Below are positions 29,232-39,980 of a stretch of DNA of 58,691 nucleotides, piece by piece (the first letter of the stretch is position 1; each line of letters starts with the position of its first letter). The DNA lies in the IMG/VR virus record IMGVR_UViG_3300030060_004945, positions 1 to 58,691 of that record. The stretch is one strand, 5' to 3'. Under the pieces are notes generated by a model. It ran no database searches. It saw nothing but the letters and a program-made list of their open reading frames with translations, and was not told the origin of the DNA. This DNA comes from a virus. Its lineage: Duplodnaviria; Caudoviricetes. The translations under genes were made by a program, and so were the position numbers.

Positions 29232-31064
29232 ATGGCAAGAGATCTAAATGTAAAATCAAAAATAGTAGATACTGATCAGTATGTATATAGACAGGAGAGA
29301 GATCTCTCTAAAACAAAAGTAGACTGGTCAACGGTTGCTAAAACCCTTACTGATACTATTGAAACAGTAAGGGACAATAGGGAAACTCGTAAATCAGAGA
29401 TAGAGGAGAATACAAGAACCGCAATGAATGACTTTGCGAAGTTCGACCAGTATGATTCAAAAACATTAAATGTATCTGTTCAAGAAGGTTCTCAATGGTC
29501 TAAGAATTACTTGTCTACTCAGCATGATCTTGTGTTAAGAGGACTAATGTCTCCTGGAGAATATAAAATAGTTCAACAAAGAATGCAAGATAGCTGGACC
29601 AGTCTTAAATCTTCTTTAGGAGCGGCAGATGCTCACTTTAAAGAAATGGAGAAAAGATCTAATGCTGGTGAATCTACTATGTTTGAAGGAGCTATTAACA
29701 AAAGTTTAGCCGGATTTGCTAATTTAAAGCAATATGAACTACAAGGGAACCCGGTTACTGGTGAACTTGGTTTTGTTAAAAAGGGAGCAGATATAAATGA
29801 TCCTGAGAGCTGGTTAAGTATGGGTGTTATAAACCAAAGAATGAATCAGAAATCAAACTACGTAGACCCTATAGCTGAAGCTTCAACAATTACTCAAACC
29901 TTGGGAGAGGTTGTGACAATAGACCCTGGTACTAACCAATCTTTTACAAGTTATGAAGATTGGAAGCAAATGGAAAGTAGTCAAAAATATATTGATTCAT
30001 TTGTAGGGGCGATGACAGCTACTGAAAACAAAAAGATAAGTCTTTTACAAAGTACAGGAAAGTACACATCAGATGACTTTACGGAAGATCCAGAAGAGGC
30101 GGCTAACGACCCAAGCAAAGTGCTTATGAGAGAATCGTCAGATGGTTCTGGTCAAATGGAGGTTGTTCTTAGCGAGGCTCAAGAGCAAGAAATCAGAGAT
30201 GCTGCTGAAGGTATTTTGAAATCTCAACTTGATGAAAAAGAAAGCTTCACAAAAGGATTCCAGTCCAGACCAACAACTCCAACAGAAGTAGGTGTTTCAG
30301 ATAGAAAGAGACAGGCTGGAGGATTATATGAGCAGGTTGTTAATCTTGTAACTGGAGACGGTACATTGTCAAGTCAAGCGGCTACATCACTTACTTCTAT
30401 TATAAATGATAAACTTCCTGAAGGAGATTCACCTTTAACAAATATTACAAGAACAGATGACGGTGGTACATTTGTTGTTACAAGAGAAGATGGATCTACA
30501 TTTAAAGTAGATAGAGAACTTCCGAATGGTGAGATGAAGACCAACAAAATGATAATTGATGAAATGTTCCAAGAGGTTAATCCTTACGAGAACGTGGATC
30601 TACAGTTGGCTGAGGATGCTTATTCTGGAGAAATTGGTGGTGAAGTAGGAACAGGTGAGTCACAAGCTAACGTACAAACTAAGGCTTTTGAAGTGGTTGA
30701 TATGGCCTCTACCTACGACCAGCTGGATAACATGACCCCATCTGCCTATGTAGATGACTTTATAGACGCATCATTCGCAGGTGATAGTGATAATCAAATA
30801 AATCAAGTTTATACCAACGTATTAAACAATATAGTTCCTCAAGATTTATTTGATGCTGTTGGAGGTACCGCTGGGTTAGACTTTAATTATGATGGAGATG
30901 ACGCTACGATAACCGTTGGTAGTACGAGTATACCTATTACAGATTTAAGAGATAAAGGTCCTCAAGAGGTTCTTAAGGAGGTAGAAAAAGCTGTTAATCA
31001 AGAAAGACAAAGATTATCACAAGGTGACGCTGGAGGTGGCGCTGAAGGCGATGATATATTTTAA
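29232..31064 (+). CDS. Putative internal virion/ejection protein
   Basis: 610 aa; position and composition. Confidence 0.55.
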   Translation: MARDLNVKSKIVDTDQYVYRQERDLSKTKVDWSTVAKTLTDTIETVRDNRETRKSEIEENTRTAMNDFAKFDQYDSKTLNVSVQEGSQWSKNYLSTQHDLVLRGLMSPGEYKIVQQRMQDSWTSLKSSLGAADAHFKEMEKRSNAGESTMFEGAINKSLAGFANLKQYELQGNPVTGELGFVKKGADINDPESWLSMGVINQRMNQKSNYVDPIAEASTITQTLGEVVTIDPGTNQSFTSYEDWKQMESSQKYIDSFVGAMTATENKKISLLQSTGKYTSDDFTEDPEEAANDPSKVLMRESSDGSGQMEVVLSEAQEQEIRDAAEGILKSQLDEKESFTKGFQSRPTTPTEVGVSDRKRQAGGLYEQVVNLVTGDGTLSSQAATSLTSIINDKLPEGDSPLTNITRTDDGGTFVVTREDGSTFKVDRELPNGEMKTNKMIIDEMFQEVNPYENVDLQLAEDAYSGEIGGEVGTGESQANVQTKAFEVVDMASTYDQLDNMTPSAYVDDFIDASFAGDSDNQINQVYTNVLNNIVPQDLFDAVGGTAGLDFNYDGDDATITVGSTSIPITDLRDKGPQEVLKEVEKAVNQERQRLSQGDAGGGAEGDDIF

Positions 31065-31077
31065 TGATAAATAAACT

Positions 31078-34000
31078 ATGGACGAAAAGTTAAAAAAAAT
31101 ATATGACCTTTACCTAAAAAAAGGACTCATAACAGAAAAAATAACTTTTGATCAGTGGTCTGCTGCCGATGAAGATCAGCAGGTAAAACTTTATGACTTA
31201 GGTAGAACTAATGGTCTTTTCGATAAGGTTCAGGTAGATCAATTTCAGACATTGTGGTCAGGGATGACTACAGGAGATCCAAAAAAAAAAGTCGAATCTC
31301 CTGTTTCTTCTCAAGAGGAAGTTATGGAATCCGATATACAAGTTCAACAGGAAGATCCGTCCTTATCGGTATCTTCTGGTCAAGAACAGGTTCCTGATAG
31401 CTTAGATACAGCCCCTCAATTTACAGGACAATTTTCCCCTGAACAAGAAGATATTACAGTTACAGGCTTAGAGGAGGTCCCTACCTTTGAATTTGAGGCT
31501 GGTAGAAGACGTAGAGGTCAGAAGCCGGACATAGAAGAAGCGCAACGAGGGCAAAGAGGAGCTAAAGGAACTATTGAAAAAGACACTGGTATTGAAAGAT
31601 TGTTCGGTAAGAATGAAGTTACTGACTTCTTTGGAGATATTTATAGAGCAGGAGTTAAAGGTTTTCAAACAGGACAACAGGTAGATGAAGCCTTAGAATT
31701 ATTTGGTAAAGGAGGTAAAGTCACCTCTGAAGATGTTCAAGATTATATAAACGCAGTAAATGCGGCAGGTGAATCTGATTACGCTATGAGTGATGAGATG
31801 GCTGATTTTAATGCTGCTTATGAAAAAGCTGGTGGTGGTTTAATTGGTTTCTTAAAAGGAATAGCAGCCTCTCCTACTGTTATAAATGAAATAGCTATAA
31901 CAAGTATTACACAAATGGTAAACCCTGCTACCTTAGCGGCAGCTGGAGCTACTACAGCGGGTTTTACTGCTACTGGTGCAGCCGGTGGTGCGGCAGCTGG
32001 TGGTATTGGTGCAGCCCCTGGTGCATTAGCGGGAGCTGTGAGTAGTATTCCTTTTGCTATTGGTGCTGCTGGAGCAACATTAGAGGCTGGGCTTTCTTTC
32101 TCAGAATTTTTACAAGAAGAAATATCTGAAAAAGGATTGGATTTTGACGAAGCGGGGATTAGATCTGTTCTAAACGATCCTCAAGCTATGATGAATATTA
32201 GAGCTAAGTCAGCAGGTAGAGGTATAGCTATTGGTTTGATTGATAGATATACAGCTGGTCTTGCTGGTAAAGTTTCAAAAGGTGTTATTAAAAAAGCGGT
32301 CAAGCAAGGTAAAGGAAAATTTGCCACTAATGTAAGAGCGTTAGGTGCAGCTACACCTATCGAGGCTGCTGGTGGTGCTATCGGTGAAGCTACTGCAAGA
32401 GGTATCGTTGGTCAGGAAATGGATGCTGCTGAGATTGGTTTTGAAGCTGTAGGTGGTGGTCCTGGAGCTCTTATAAGTGGCGGCAAGGAAATTATTTTTG
32501 CTAACAAGGAAGGAACTTATAAAATGGGTCCCGATAAAAAAACTATTTCAAGAGATGAGATGATCAATATGATCACGAACACTGATGATAAAACATTTGC
32601 TCAGTCAGATTTAGAAATATCAGGAGACTCATCATTAAAAGAACTTGCTCAAGACAGAAAAGAAAAGCTAAAAAAGAAAAAAGAAAAACAAAAACAACTC
32701 GGTAACAACTTAGATAATTTAAGTGAAGATCAACAACAAGAAGCTTTAGACTTAGAAACAGAATTAGATGAGTTAAAAAATGAAGATACAAGAAGAGCAG
32801 AGAACAGAAAGAAAGAAGTAGAACAAAGGCTCGATGATCTTTACTCTCAAAAACCCGAAGCCGCAGCAGGAGAAGATGTAGATGTGAGTATGGATGAGGT
32901 TTTCGATGAGCTTGGAGTAGATACAAGTGATCCTGAAAATATAAGAGGTGTTTCTGCTGAAGATATAGCAGATACTAAAAAACGATTACAAGAACAAAAA
33001 CAAAAACAAAATGCCATTCAAGAGTCAAGCACAGCGCAGGTGGATGCACAAGAACAAGCCAGAGATGGCGAAACGGTGGGAGAAGGAGACGCCCCAGGGG
33101 CCACTACCACTGAAGGTGAAGTCCAAGCCGATATTACCCCGACAGAGGAAACGCAAGTAGAGTCAGCTGATTTTGGAGAACTTATAGATCAAGCTTCCAG
33201 CGCACTAAGTGATGCTGGTCAAGGGGTTCGAGGAAGAAATGTAACTAAAACCGAGATCTTTGACGAGACTGTTCAAGAGAACCCTGACGGAACCGTAGAG
33301 GTTGCTTCTTCAATTGATGCAGAAGGCAACACTGTTATGGCTCCTAAAAGAAAAGGAAAAGTAGTATCAGAAAACTTTACTATTGTAGATCAAACGGAGA
33401 CAGATAACTACTATAACTCTGATAGATTTAAAAGAGAAAACAATAACATTGATAAAAACCAACACGAGGTTAATATATTAAACTCAGCATCCAGGGCTAT
33501 TGCGTCAGTATCAAAAGTGTTGCCGGGTTTAAATATAGTTGCTCACAGAAATGAAAACTCTTATACAGATCATGTTGATGTTTCTTCTCGTGGGGCATAT
33601 AAAAGCGGAACTAATACCATACATATTAATATACCAAAAGCCTCTGGTAAAACCATAGCTCATGAGATATTTCACGCTGTATTAAAAGCAAAGCTTGGCA
33701 CTGAAGTAAATATACAGGATGCTTCTAAAAAAATGGTTGACTCTATTAGGAAGGCTATCGCTCAAAGCAAGACGTTAACAGCAGATCAAGTAATTCAGTT
33801 TGAAGAATATGCGGCTAATTTTGACTCAGACATTAGAAACGAAGAGTATTTAGCTGATATTGTAGGTTTCTTAGCTGAGAACTATACTAAACTTGATGCT
33901 CCTGAAAAGAGTGCTGTAAGACAATTTATAGAAAAGATAGCAAGTATTCTTGGTTTGGATGTAGATACTTTTACTCAGAGTGATAAAGATACTGTAGATC

Positions 34001-37000
34001 TTCTTAATACTATAGCTGAAAAAGTAGCAACAGGTGAAGAGATAACTGACACAGATTTAGCTGCATTAGATCAAGGTGGTTCTATAAATGTTGGTTTACC
34101 TTCTACAATACAAACAACTAAGACAGAGAAAACAGATGTAAATTTTAGCGACACACCGCCCCCTCTTTCTTTTGTTACCATTAAAGACAAGATCAATATA
34201 GATGCTTTGGTAAAAGAGATATCAGAAAAAGGTCAAAAGGTTTGGTTTTGGGTAGCCGACCAGCTGGGTAGGGGTGAATATGGTGATGTAGTTATAGGTG
34301 ACACTCACTACTTAGATGCCGGACCAAGTTATGCATTAGATCCATCCAATAAGGAAAAGGGTATAGTGTGGGCTTCAGGTATGAATAAAAAAACCTTAGA
34401 AAATAACATAGCAAATTCTGACTATGTGTTTTTAATAAGCGGTTCTCCTCAACGAAGTAAGCTTTTTAACAAGAGAGTTTCTCAGTTATTGCAAAGAAGA
34501 GTTGAGCAGGTTGGAGATTTTAAGCAGTTCAAACAAGAGCTTCTTGATTCAAAACCTGTTAAAGCTTTTAGAGATATATTAGCTAAGCATGATTCATTTG
34601 AATCTTTAATAGCAAGTCCTGATAGAAAACAATTTTTATTAGCTATAGAAGCTGAATCAAAAAAGAAAAATACACCCTTAAAAAATACGTTAGAAAAATT
34701 TAATTCGTTTTTAGATTTTGATTCTTTACGTGATGGTTTTTACAAAGAAAATGATTTCAAAATGAATGACGTAATGTTAGTGTTGAAACCATCTTCAGTA
34801 GGTGAAAAGTCTAATCACTCAACATACACTAATGATATTATGGGTGAGGTTGTTGGTGTTCCAGATAAAAAGATTAATGCAGCAGACATCATGACTGGTG
34901 CAGCTCGTGAAAAATTAAAAGATATAATACGAAGAGAACAACAAACTCAAGTGGTAGCTCCTTATGGATCAGGCGTTAGACAAGTTCAACCTGCATCTAA
35001 AAAACCTAAAGTAAAAACAGAGGTGCCATCCCCATCTAAACAAACCACAAAAGAGTTTACTAAAACCTTAAGATCATCATTAAAAGGTAAGGGTCAGTTT
35101 GCTCATATGACAGCAGAAAACCCTAACAACAAGCCACTATCAGCAAAAGAAAACGCTCAAAGAAATAAAGAGATGAAGGCTGAATTAAAACAGATGGGGT
35201 ATGATGTTGTTGAGGTAGATGGGATGTACGATAGATCTGAAAAGTCTTTCTTTGTTCCAGGTATAACAGAGGCTGATGCTATAAAGTTAGGTAAAAAATA
35301 TGGGCAAGAATCTGTGGCTCATAGTAAAGGAATGATATATACAACGGGTAAAAATGCCGGTAAGAGAAATCCTGTGACAGGAGGTGTTACTATAGATAAC
35401 ACTTTAGAAAATTACTATAGCGAAATAAAAACTAAAGACGGAAAAGTAAGATATAGTGTAGATTACAATTTTGATGTTTTAACAGAAGAGACTGGGCCTA
35501 AAGTAAAGACAGAAAAGTTTGGTCCGGAATCTAACAACAAAAAACTACAAAACCTTGGGCGTATGTATAACATGAACTCTCAAGGATTTGCTCCGGCAAA
35601 TGTAAACTTAGGAGCTTTAAAACAAGCTGCTAAAAAATTAGGTTTTGGAGTAAAGGCTGCTAAACTTAGTTATGGTCCACAAGCTGGAAAGGTAACTGGC
35701 TACTTTTTTACTAAGGGTGGTAGAAAGGTAAATGTTATGCCAGGTATGACCAAGACTGAAGTGTTTGATAAAGGAATGAGCAATCAGGATATAATCAAGT
35801 TTGGTAGAGACAACAATTTCTCAGACGCTGCTATAAAAGATTATCTTGTAAGAACAAAAGGATTACCTGTAAAAGAAGTTACAGGTTTATTGTCATTAGA
35901 TGCTAATTTATTTTCTCAGATGCCGCCAAGCTTTGGTAACATGAAGGGAGGCGCAAAAGCTGGATTGCAATTATTTAAAAAAGTTTTAAAGTTTAGCAAT
36001 AATCTTTCTAAAAAATTATCTCCTGACCAGGTTGTAGAACAAACATTACAGTTCTTAGAGCAACAACCTGAATACATAGCTGAGGGTAATAAAACAAAAA
36101 CAGAGTCTCAACAACAATCTGAAATGATTATAGAGGTTCAAAAATCTTTAGATGCAAAACCAAACAAAGATACTTCTAAACGTGTAAAGCTTTTGAAAGA
36201 AGCTGTTAGAAACAGAAAGAAAGGAGCTAAGGAGTTGTCGGCAGTAAAAAGAAAACTAAGAAACTTTATAAGACAAGCTTTACCTAAAGATCTTTATACT
36301 AAAAAAGATGTAATGTCTCTTATCAACAAAGTAACAAAAGCAGACGCTACTAATATTGATAACCTAACTAACGAGGTTATTGAGATGGTTACTGAAAAGC
36401 AAAACAAAAGCTTAGAGGCAAAGATAGATTCAATCCTAAATGGTAAGTACCAGTCTGTAGAATCTGGTAGACAAAAGGGAAAGAAGATAGACAACCAAAC
36501 AAGACTACGATTAGAAGCTATTAAAGAGGCTGTTTCTGATGATGCGGCTACAGCTGATGAGGTTGTAGAAAGCAATCTTAAAATGAATAAAGAGATAAGT
36601 GAGTTGACTGCTAAGACAGATCAAACTCCTGATGATAGAAACAGGATAATGGATCTGATGACTATACTTAGCATAAATAATGCTAAGCTGAATCAAAACA
36701 CTGATGTGTTTAAAACAGAGTCATTGTCAAGAGCTGAGAATTTATTGTTAGAGATTGTTGGTGAAGGAAAAGAAAATTTCAAAGCTCAGTTAGCAGAAGA
36801 TCACAAAAGATATATCGATCAGCAAAACGCAATGTATAAAGCGGTAACAGGAAAGGATATTGACTTTGGTGATCCAGACTCTGTTAACGAAAAAGTTCAA
36901 GAAGATATAGCTGATAAAAGGTTAAAAGAAAGAGTGAGTAATGGATTCAAAAGAGCTATGTCTTCGGTAGGAGATTTTGTTAGTTGGTTTGGATTAAGTC

Positions 37001-39210
37001 ACGAGTCTTTATCTGGTTTAATGGATATACTTCAAAAAACTCCAGGACAAATATTTAATGGTCAAACCACTAAAGACTTAGTGTATAGACCTGTAAACAA
37101 AGCTACACGTGCTTTTAAGGAAAAGCAGTTAAATAATACACAGGTCCAGGTAGACAAGATGAAAGATGTCTTTGGAAAAAAGTGGAAGAAAGCTTCTCAT
37201 AAAAACTCTACTCCAAAATCTACCGGAGTGTTTAGAGATCAAGCTGCTGTTGATAAAGCACAGGCGGAGTATGATGCTAACCCAACAAGAGCTAATAGAA
37301 GAAAATTATCCAAAGTTAAAAAGAAACAAGAGCTTGTTCTTTCGGACAATCAAGTAGGATATTTACACAACCAGTATAAAGACCCCGCTAACTTACCTTC
37401 TTTTGCTAATACGGATAATGAATACTTTGGTCCAGATCACGAGAGAATAATGACGGAGCTTAGAAACCAGGCTGATCCAAAAGTTCTGGAATATGCTGAT
37501 TGGATGGTGGATGAATATTATCCTTCTCTGTATGACGGATACAACGCTGCATATGAGCAAATATACAGAACGAGCATGCCTTGGAATCAGTATTATGGTG
37601 GTAGAATATTCCGTGAAGGGGTAGATCCTCAGCCATTAGATTTACTTGGTGATAAAACAAAAATGAATCAACAGGTTGGTTCTGCATCTACTAAGGTTAG
37701 GGTTAATAATAAGAAGCCAATAAAACCTATGGATATGATGGACTCTATGACCACATATACTACTGATATGGATTGGTTCTCTTCAATGGGTCCAACCCTA
37801 CGTGATATAAATAAAATATTCACCAATAAAGAATTAAGAAAAAGTATTGAAGCAAATCATGGTTCTAAAATTTTAACTTTTATAGATTTTAACCTACAAC
37901 AATTAGCTTCACGTGGTATAAATACTGCTGCACAAGCTTCGTTTATTAACCAAATAAATAATTTATTTATATCTACTCGTTTGGGTGCTAACCCAACAAT
38001 TATGCTTAAGCAGTTAACATCCTTCTTAGCTTATGCCGATAGAGTGGGACCTATTAACTATTCAAAGTATGCTGCTAAAAACAAAACTGAGTTCTTAAAA
38101 ATATTTAAAGAGATACGAGATAACTCTGTTTATGTTCAAGATAGGATGAGCGGAGACATAAAGAAAAACCTTGAAAGTTATTCTGGACAAACAATAGTTG
38201 GTTTTGAAGGTGATGCAGGATTAAGTTTCTTCAATAAGATAATGATGGGCTTTGTTAAAGCGGGTGATATTGGAGCTATCTATTTAGGTGGTATGCCGGC
38301 TTACTCTTATTATAAAGCAGAGTTTAAAAAGAATAATCCTGCTGCTACAGAGCAACAAGCTATTGATCACGCTATAGAAAGGTTTGAAGAGGACACTAAA
38401 GAAACTCAGCAGTCTAAAGATATACAAGATAAAGATTGGTGGCAACAACAAGGGCCGATACTTAGAAGTTTACAGATGTTTGTTTCTGCACCGAGACAGA
38501 TGGTAAGACAAGAATTTGCTGGTTTAAGAATGATGGGTAAATCATTCAAACAAAAAAATGCTAAAGACGGTGTTAAATTATTTGGTCAAGGATTTAGAAA
38601 GTTCGCCACATTCCATATGGTATTACCTATGTTCTTCCAATATGTAGCTTTAGGTCTTCCTGGCTTGATGAAACCTATAGATGATGAGGATGAAGAAGAT
38701 TTATTGAGAGCGGCTATTCTTGGTTCATTCAACTCCTTATTTGCATTAGGTGATGTTTTAAATATTGTAGCTGATACCGCTCAAGGTAAACCTTGGGCTG
38801 GTGCTTCAAGAGATTTAGCACCTATATCGTTAATTAAAGAATTAACAGATCTGCAAAAAAGAGCTTCGAATACAAAAGATAAAGAAAAGAAAGCAGAGCT
38901 TACAAGAAGGTTGTATTCAAGAGCTGCTGAGATAGGTTTAAGATTAACTACTAAACAGTCTATTCCAATATATAACCTTACTAAGTGGGCTAAGAATGTT
39001 CATCAGTTAAGTAAACCTGGTGAAGATGAAGGTAAAGCATTTCTAAGATTATTTAACTACAGCGAGTATCAAATAAGCGGTGGTCCAAAAGGTAAGAAAG
39101 TTAAGCCTATTAAAAGAGGTGAGGGTGGAAGTAGAGGGTCAAGTGACAGAGGTGCTGGAGGTAATAGAGGAAAAAACAATAGAGGTGCTGGTGGAAACAG
39201 AGGTAAGTAA
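31078..39210 (+). CDS. Giant polyvalent ejection protein (2710 aa) with zincin-like HExxH and DUF3293-like domains
   Basis: G/A-rich hydrophobic segments; TIAHEIFHA...EEYLAD; MTAENP...ENAQRN...EKSFFV...LGKKYGQESV. Confidence 0.75.
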   Translation: MDEKLKKIYDLYLKKGLITEKITFDQWSAADEDQQVKLYDLGRTNGLFDKVQVDQFQTLWSGMTTGDPKKKVESPVSSQEEVMESDIQVQQEDPSLSVSSGQEQVPDSLDTAPQFTGQFSPEQEDITVTGLEEVPTFEFEAGRRRRGQKPDIEEAQRGQRGAKGTIEKDTGIERLFGKNEVTDFFGDIYRAGVKGFQTGQQVDEALELFGKGGKVTSEDVQDYINAVNAAGESDYAMSDEMADFNAAYEKAGGGLIGFLKGIAASPTVINEIAITSITQMVNPATLAAAGATTAGFTATGAAGGAAAGGIGAAPGALAGAVSSIPFAIGAAGATLEAGLSFSEFLQEEISEKGLDFDEAGIRSVLNDPQAMMNIRAKSAGRGIAIGLIDRYTAGLAGKVSKGVIKKAVKQGKGKFATNVRALGAATPIEAAGGAIGEATARGIVGQEMDAAEIGFEAVGGGPGALISGGKEIIFANKEGTYKMGPDKKTISRDEMINMITNTDDKTFAQSDLEISGDSSLKELAQDRKEKLKKKKEKQKQLGNNLDNLSEDQQQEALDLETELDELKNEDTRRAENRKKEVEQRLDDLYSQKPEAAAGEDVDVSMDEVFDELGVDTSDPENIRGVSAEDIADTKKRLQEQKQKQNAIQESSTAQVDAQEQARDGETVGEGDAPGATTTEGEVQADITPTEETQVESADFGELIDQASSALSDAGQGVRGRNVTKTEIFDETVQENPDGTVEVASSIDAEGNTVMAPKRKGKVVSENFTIVDQTETDNYYNSDRFKRENNNIDKNQHEVNILNSASRAIASVSKVLPGLNIVAHRNENSYTDHVDVSSRGAYKSGTNTIHINIPKASGKTIAHEIFHAVLKAKLGTEVNIQDASKKMVDSIRKAIAQSKTLTADQVIQFEEYAANFDSDIRNEEYLADIVGFLAENYTKLDAPEKSAVRQFIEKIASILGLDVDTFTQSDKDTVDLLNTIAEKVATGEEITDTDLAALDQGGSINVGLPSTIQTTKTEKTDVNFSDTPPPLSFVTIKDKINIDALVKEISEKGQKVWFWVADQLGRGEYGDVVIGDTHYLDAGPSYALDPSNKEKGIVWASGMNKKTLENNIANSDYVFLISGSPQRSKLFNKRVSQLLQRRVEQVGDFKQFKQELLDSKPVKAFRDILAKHDSFESLIASPDRKQFLLAIEAESKKKNTPLKNTLEKFNSFLDFDSLRDGFYKENDFKMNDVMLVLKPSSVGEKSNHSTYTNDIMGEVVGVPDKKINAADIMTGAAREKLKDIIRREQQTQVVAPYGSGVRQVQPASKKPKVKTEVPSPSKQTTKEFTKTLRSSLKGKGQFAHMTAENPNNKPLSAKENAQRNKEMKAELKQMGYDVVEVDGMYDRSEKSFFVPGITEADAIKLGKKYGQESVAHSKGMIYTTGKNAGKRNPVTGGVTIDNTLENYYSEIKTKDGKVRYSVDYNFDVLTEETGPKVKTEKFGPESNNKKLQNLGRMYNMNSQGFAPANVNLGALKQAAKKLGFGVKAAKLSYGPQAGKVTGYFFTKGGRKVNVMPGMTKTEVFDKGMSNQDIIKFGRDNNFSDAAIKDYLVRTKGLPVKEVTGLLSLDANLFSQMPPSFGNMKGGAKAGLQLFKKVLKFSNNLSKKLSPDQVVEQTLQFLEQQPEYIAEGNKTKTESQQQSEMIIEVQKSLDAKPNKDTSKRVKLLKEAVRNRKKGAKELSAVKRKLRNFIRQALPKDLYTKKDVMSLINKVTKADATNIDNLTNEVIEMVTEKQNKSLEAKIDSILNGKYQSVESGRQKGKKIDNQTRLRLEAIKEAVSDDAATADEVVESNLKMNKEISELTAKTDQTPDDRNRIMDLMTILSINNAKLNQNTDVFKTESLSRAENLLLEIVGEGKENFKAQLAEDHKRYIDQQNAMYKAVTGKDIDFGDPDSVNEKVQEDIADKRLKERVSNGFKRAMSSVGDFVSWFGLSHESLSGLMDILQKTPGQIFNGQTTKDLVYRPVNKATRAFKEKQLNNTQVQVDKMKDVFGKKWKKASHKNSTPKSTGVFRDQAAVDKAQAEYDANPTRANRRKLSKVKKKQELVLSDNQVGYLHNQYKDPANLPSFANTDNEYFGPDHERIMTELRNQADPKVLEYADWMVDEYYPSLYDGYNAAYEQIYRTSMPWNQYYGGRIFREGVDPQPLDLLGDKTKMNQQVGSASTKVRVNNKKPIKPMDMMDSMTTYTTDMDWFSSMGPTLRDINKIFTNKELRKSIEANHGSKILTFIDFNLQQLASRGINTAAQASFINQINNLFISTRLGANPTIMLKQLTSFLAYADRVGPINYSKYAAKNKTEFLKIFKEIRDNSVYVQDRMSGDIKKNLESYSGQTIVGFEGDAGLSFFNKIMMGFVKAGDIGAIYLGGMPAYSYYKAEFKKNNPAATEQQAIDHAIERFEEDTKETQQSKDIQDKDWWQQQGPILRSLQMFVSAPRQMVRQEFAGLRMMGKSFKQKNAKDGVKLFGQGFRKFATFHMVLPMFFQYVALGLPGLMKPIDDEDEEDLLRAAILGSFNSLFALGDVLNIVADTAQGKPWAGASRDLAPISLIKELTDLQKRASNTKDKEKKAELTRRLYSRAAEIGLRLTTKQSIPIYNLTKWAKNVHQLSKPGEDEGKAFLRLFNYSEYQISGGPKGKKVKPIKRGEGGSRGSSDRGAGGNRGKNNRGAGGNRGK

Positions 39211-39531
39211 TTAAAAATTCTTATCAAAGTTTTCTCTTTCAACCTCAAGCTTATAGTATAAGAATGCGTGGAACCCATTGATGTGAGAGTCAGTGGGAAA
39301 GAAATACTTCCAACCTTTTGACATTCCTCTGTTTATATAATAACAAAAAGCCAAGCCAATCTTACCTGTATTCTTTTTAAATCTAACCACTGCTGTGTGG
39401 TCTGATGTTGGTATAACTTCTTGAACATGAAATGTTTCTTTATTTGAATTACCCTCCCTATCTATTCTTGAGTATCTCAAAGCTAACTTTCCTGCAAACT
39501 CATTCAGTTCTATCGCTATCTCTTTTTTCAT
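39211..39531 (-). CDS. Hypothetical protein
   Basis: ORF track; convergent with the giant gene. Confidence 0.7.
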   Translation of the reverse strand: MKKEIAIELNEFAGKLALRYSRIDREGNSNKETFHVQEVIPTSDHTAVVRFKKNTGKIGLAFCYYINRGMSKGWKYFFPTDSHINGFHAFLYYKLEVERENFDKNF

Positions 39532-39868
39532 TTCTTCTTTTATAAGTTACTATTCGGTGACAGTTAGCACACCTTATCTCACATTTTTCAATCTCTCTTT
39601 GTATTTTTTCTATTGAGTATGCTTGTCTCGCTAAGTCAGAAACATTACCAAACTTCTCACCTCTAACGTGATCAAAGTCTAAAACAAGAGGATTAATTTC
39701 TCCACAATCAATACACCCGCTTTCATTTTTAACAGCTAAGATGTAGTCCTTGTTTCGTTTTATTCTTTTTTTATTACTCTTTCTTGATCGAGCTATTATC
39801 TTGTCCTTGTGTTTTTGATAATGTCTCTTTTGAGCTTTCTTTTGGTCCTCTGGGTTTTTGTAGGCCAT
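39500..39868 (-). CDS. HNH endonuclease
   Basis: CIDCG...LDFDHV...KCEIRCANCHR. Confidence 0.85.
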   Translation of the reverse strand: MAYKNPEDQKKAQKRHYQKHKDKIIARSRKSNKKRIKRNKDYILAVKNESGCIDCGEINPLVLDFDHVRGEKFGNVSDLARQAYSIEKIQREIEKCEIRCANCHRIVTYKRRNEKRDSDRTE

Positions 39869-39902
39869 ATTACTACTATGTTTGGCATAATATAAAATTT
39901 AG

Positions 39903-39976
39903 TGATCAAGGAAGGACTCGAACCTTCAACCTACAGCTTAGAAGGCTGTTGCTCTATCCAGTTGAGCTACTCGACC
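39903..39976 (-). tRNA. tRNA-Arg(UCU)
   Basis: GGTCGAG-TAGCTCAACTGGATAGAGCA-ACAGC-CTTCTAA-GCTGT-AGGTT-GAAGG-TTCGAGT-CCTTC-CTTGATC-A; CCA not encoded. Confidence 0.93.
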
Positions 39977-39980
39977 AAGT

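Noticed and set aside
39500-39868. HNH as part of a self-splicing intron or mobile element
   Set aside because: It is free-standing between intact genes, with no interrupted host ORF or group I core recognised.
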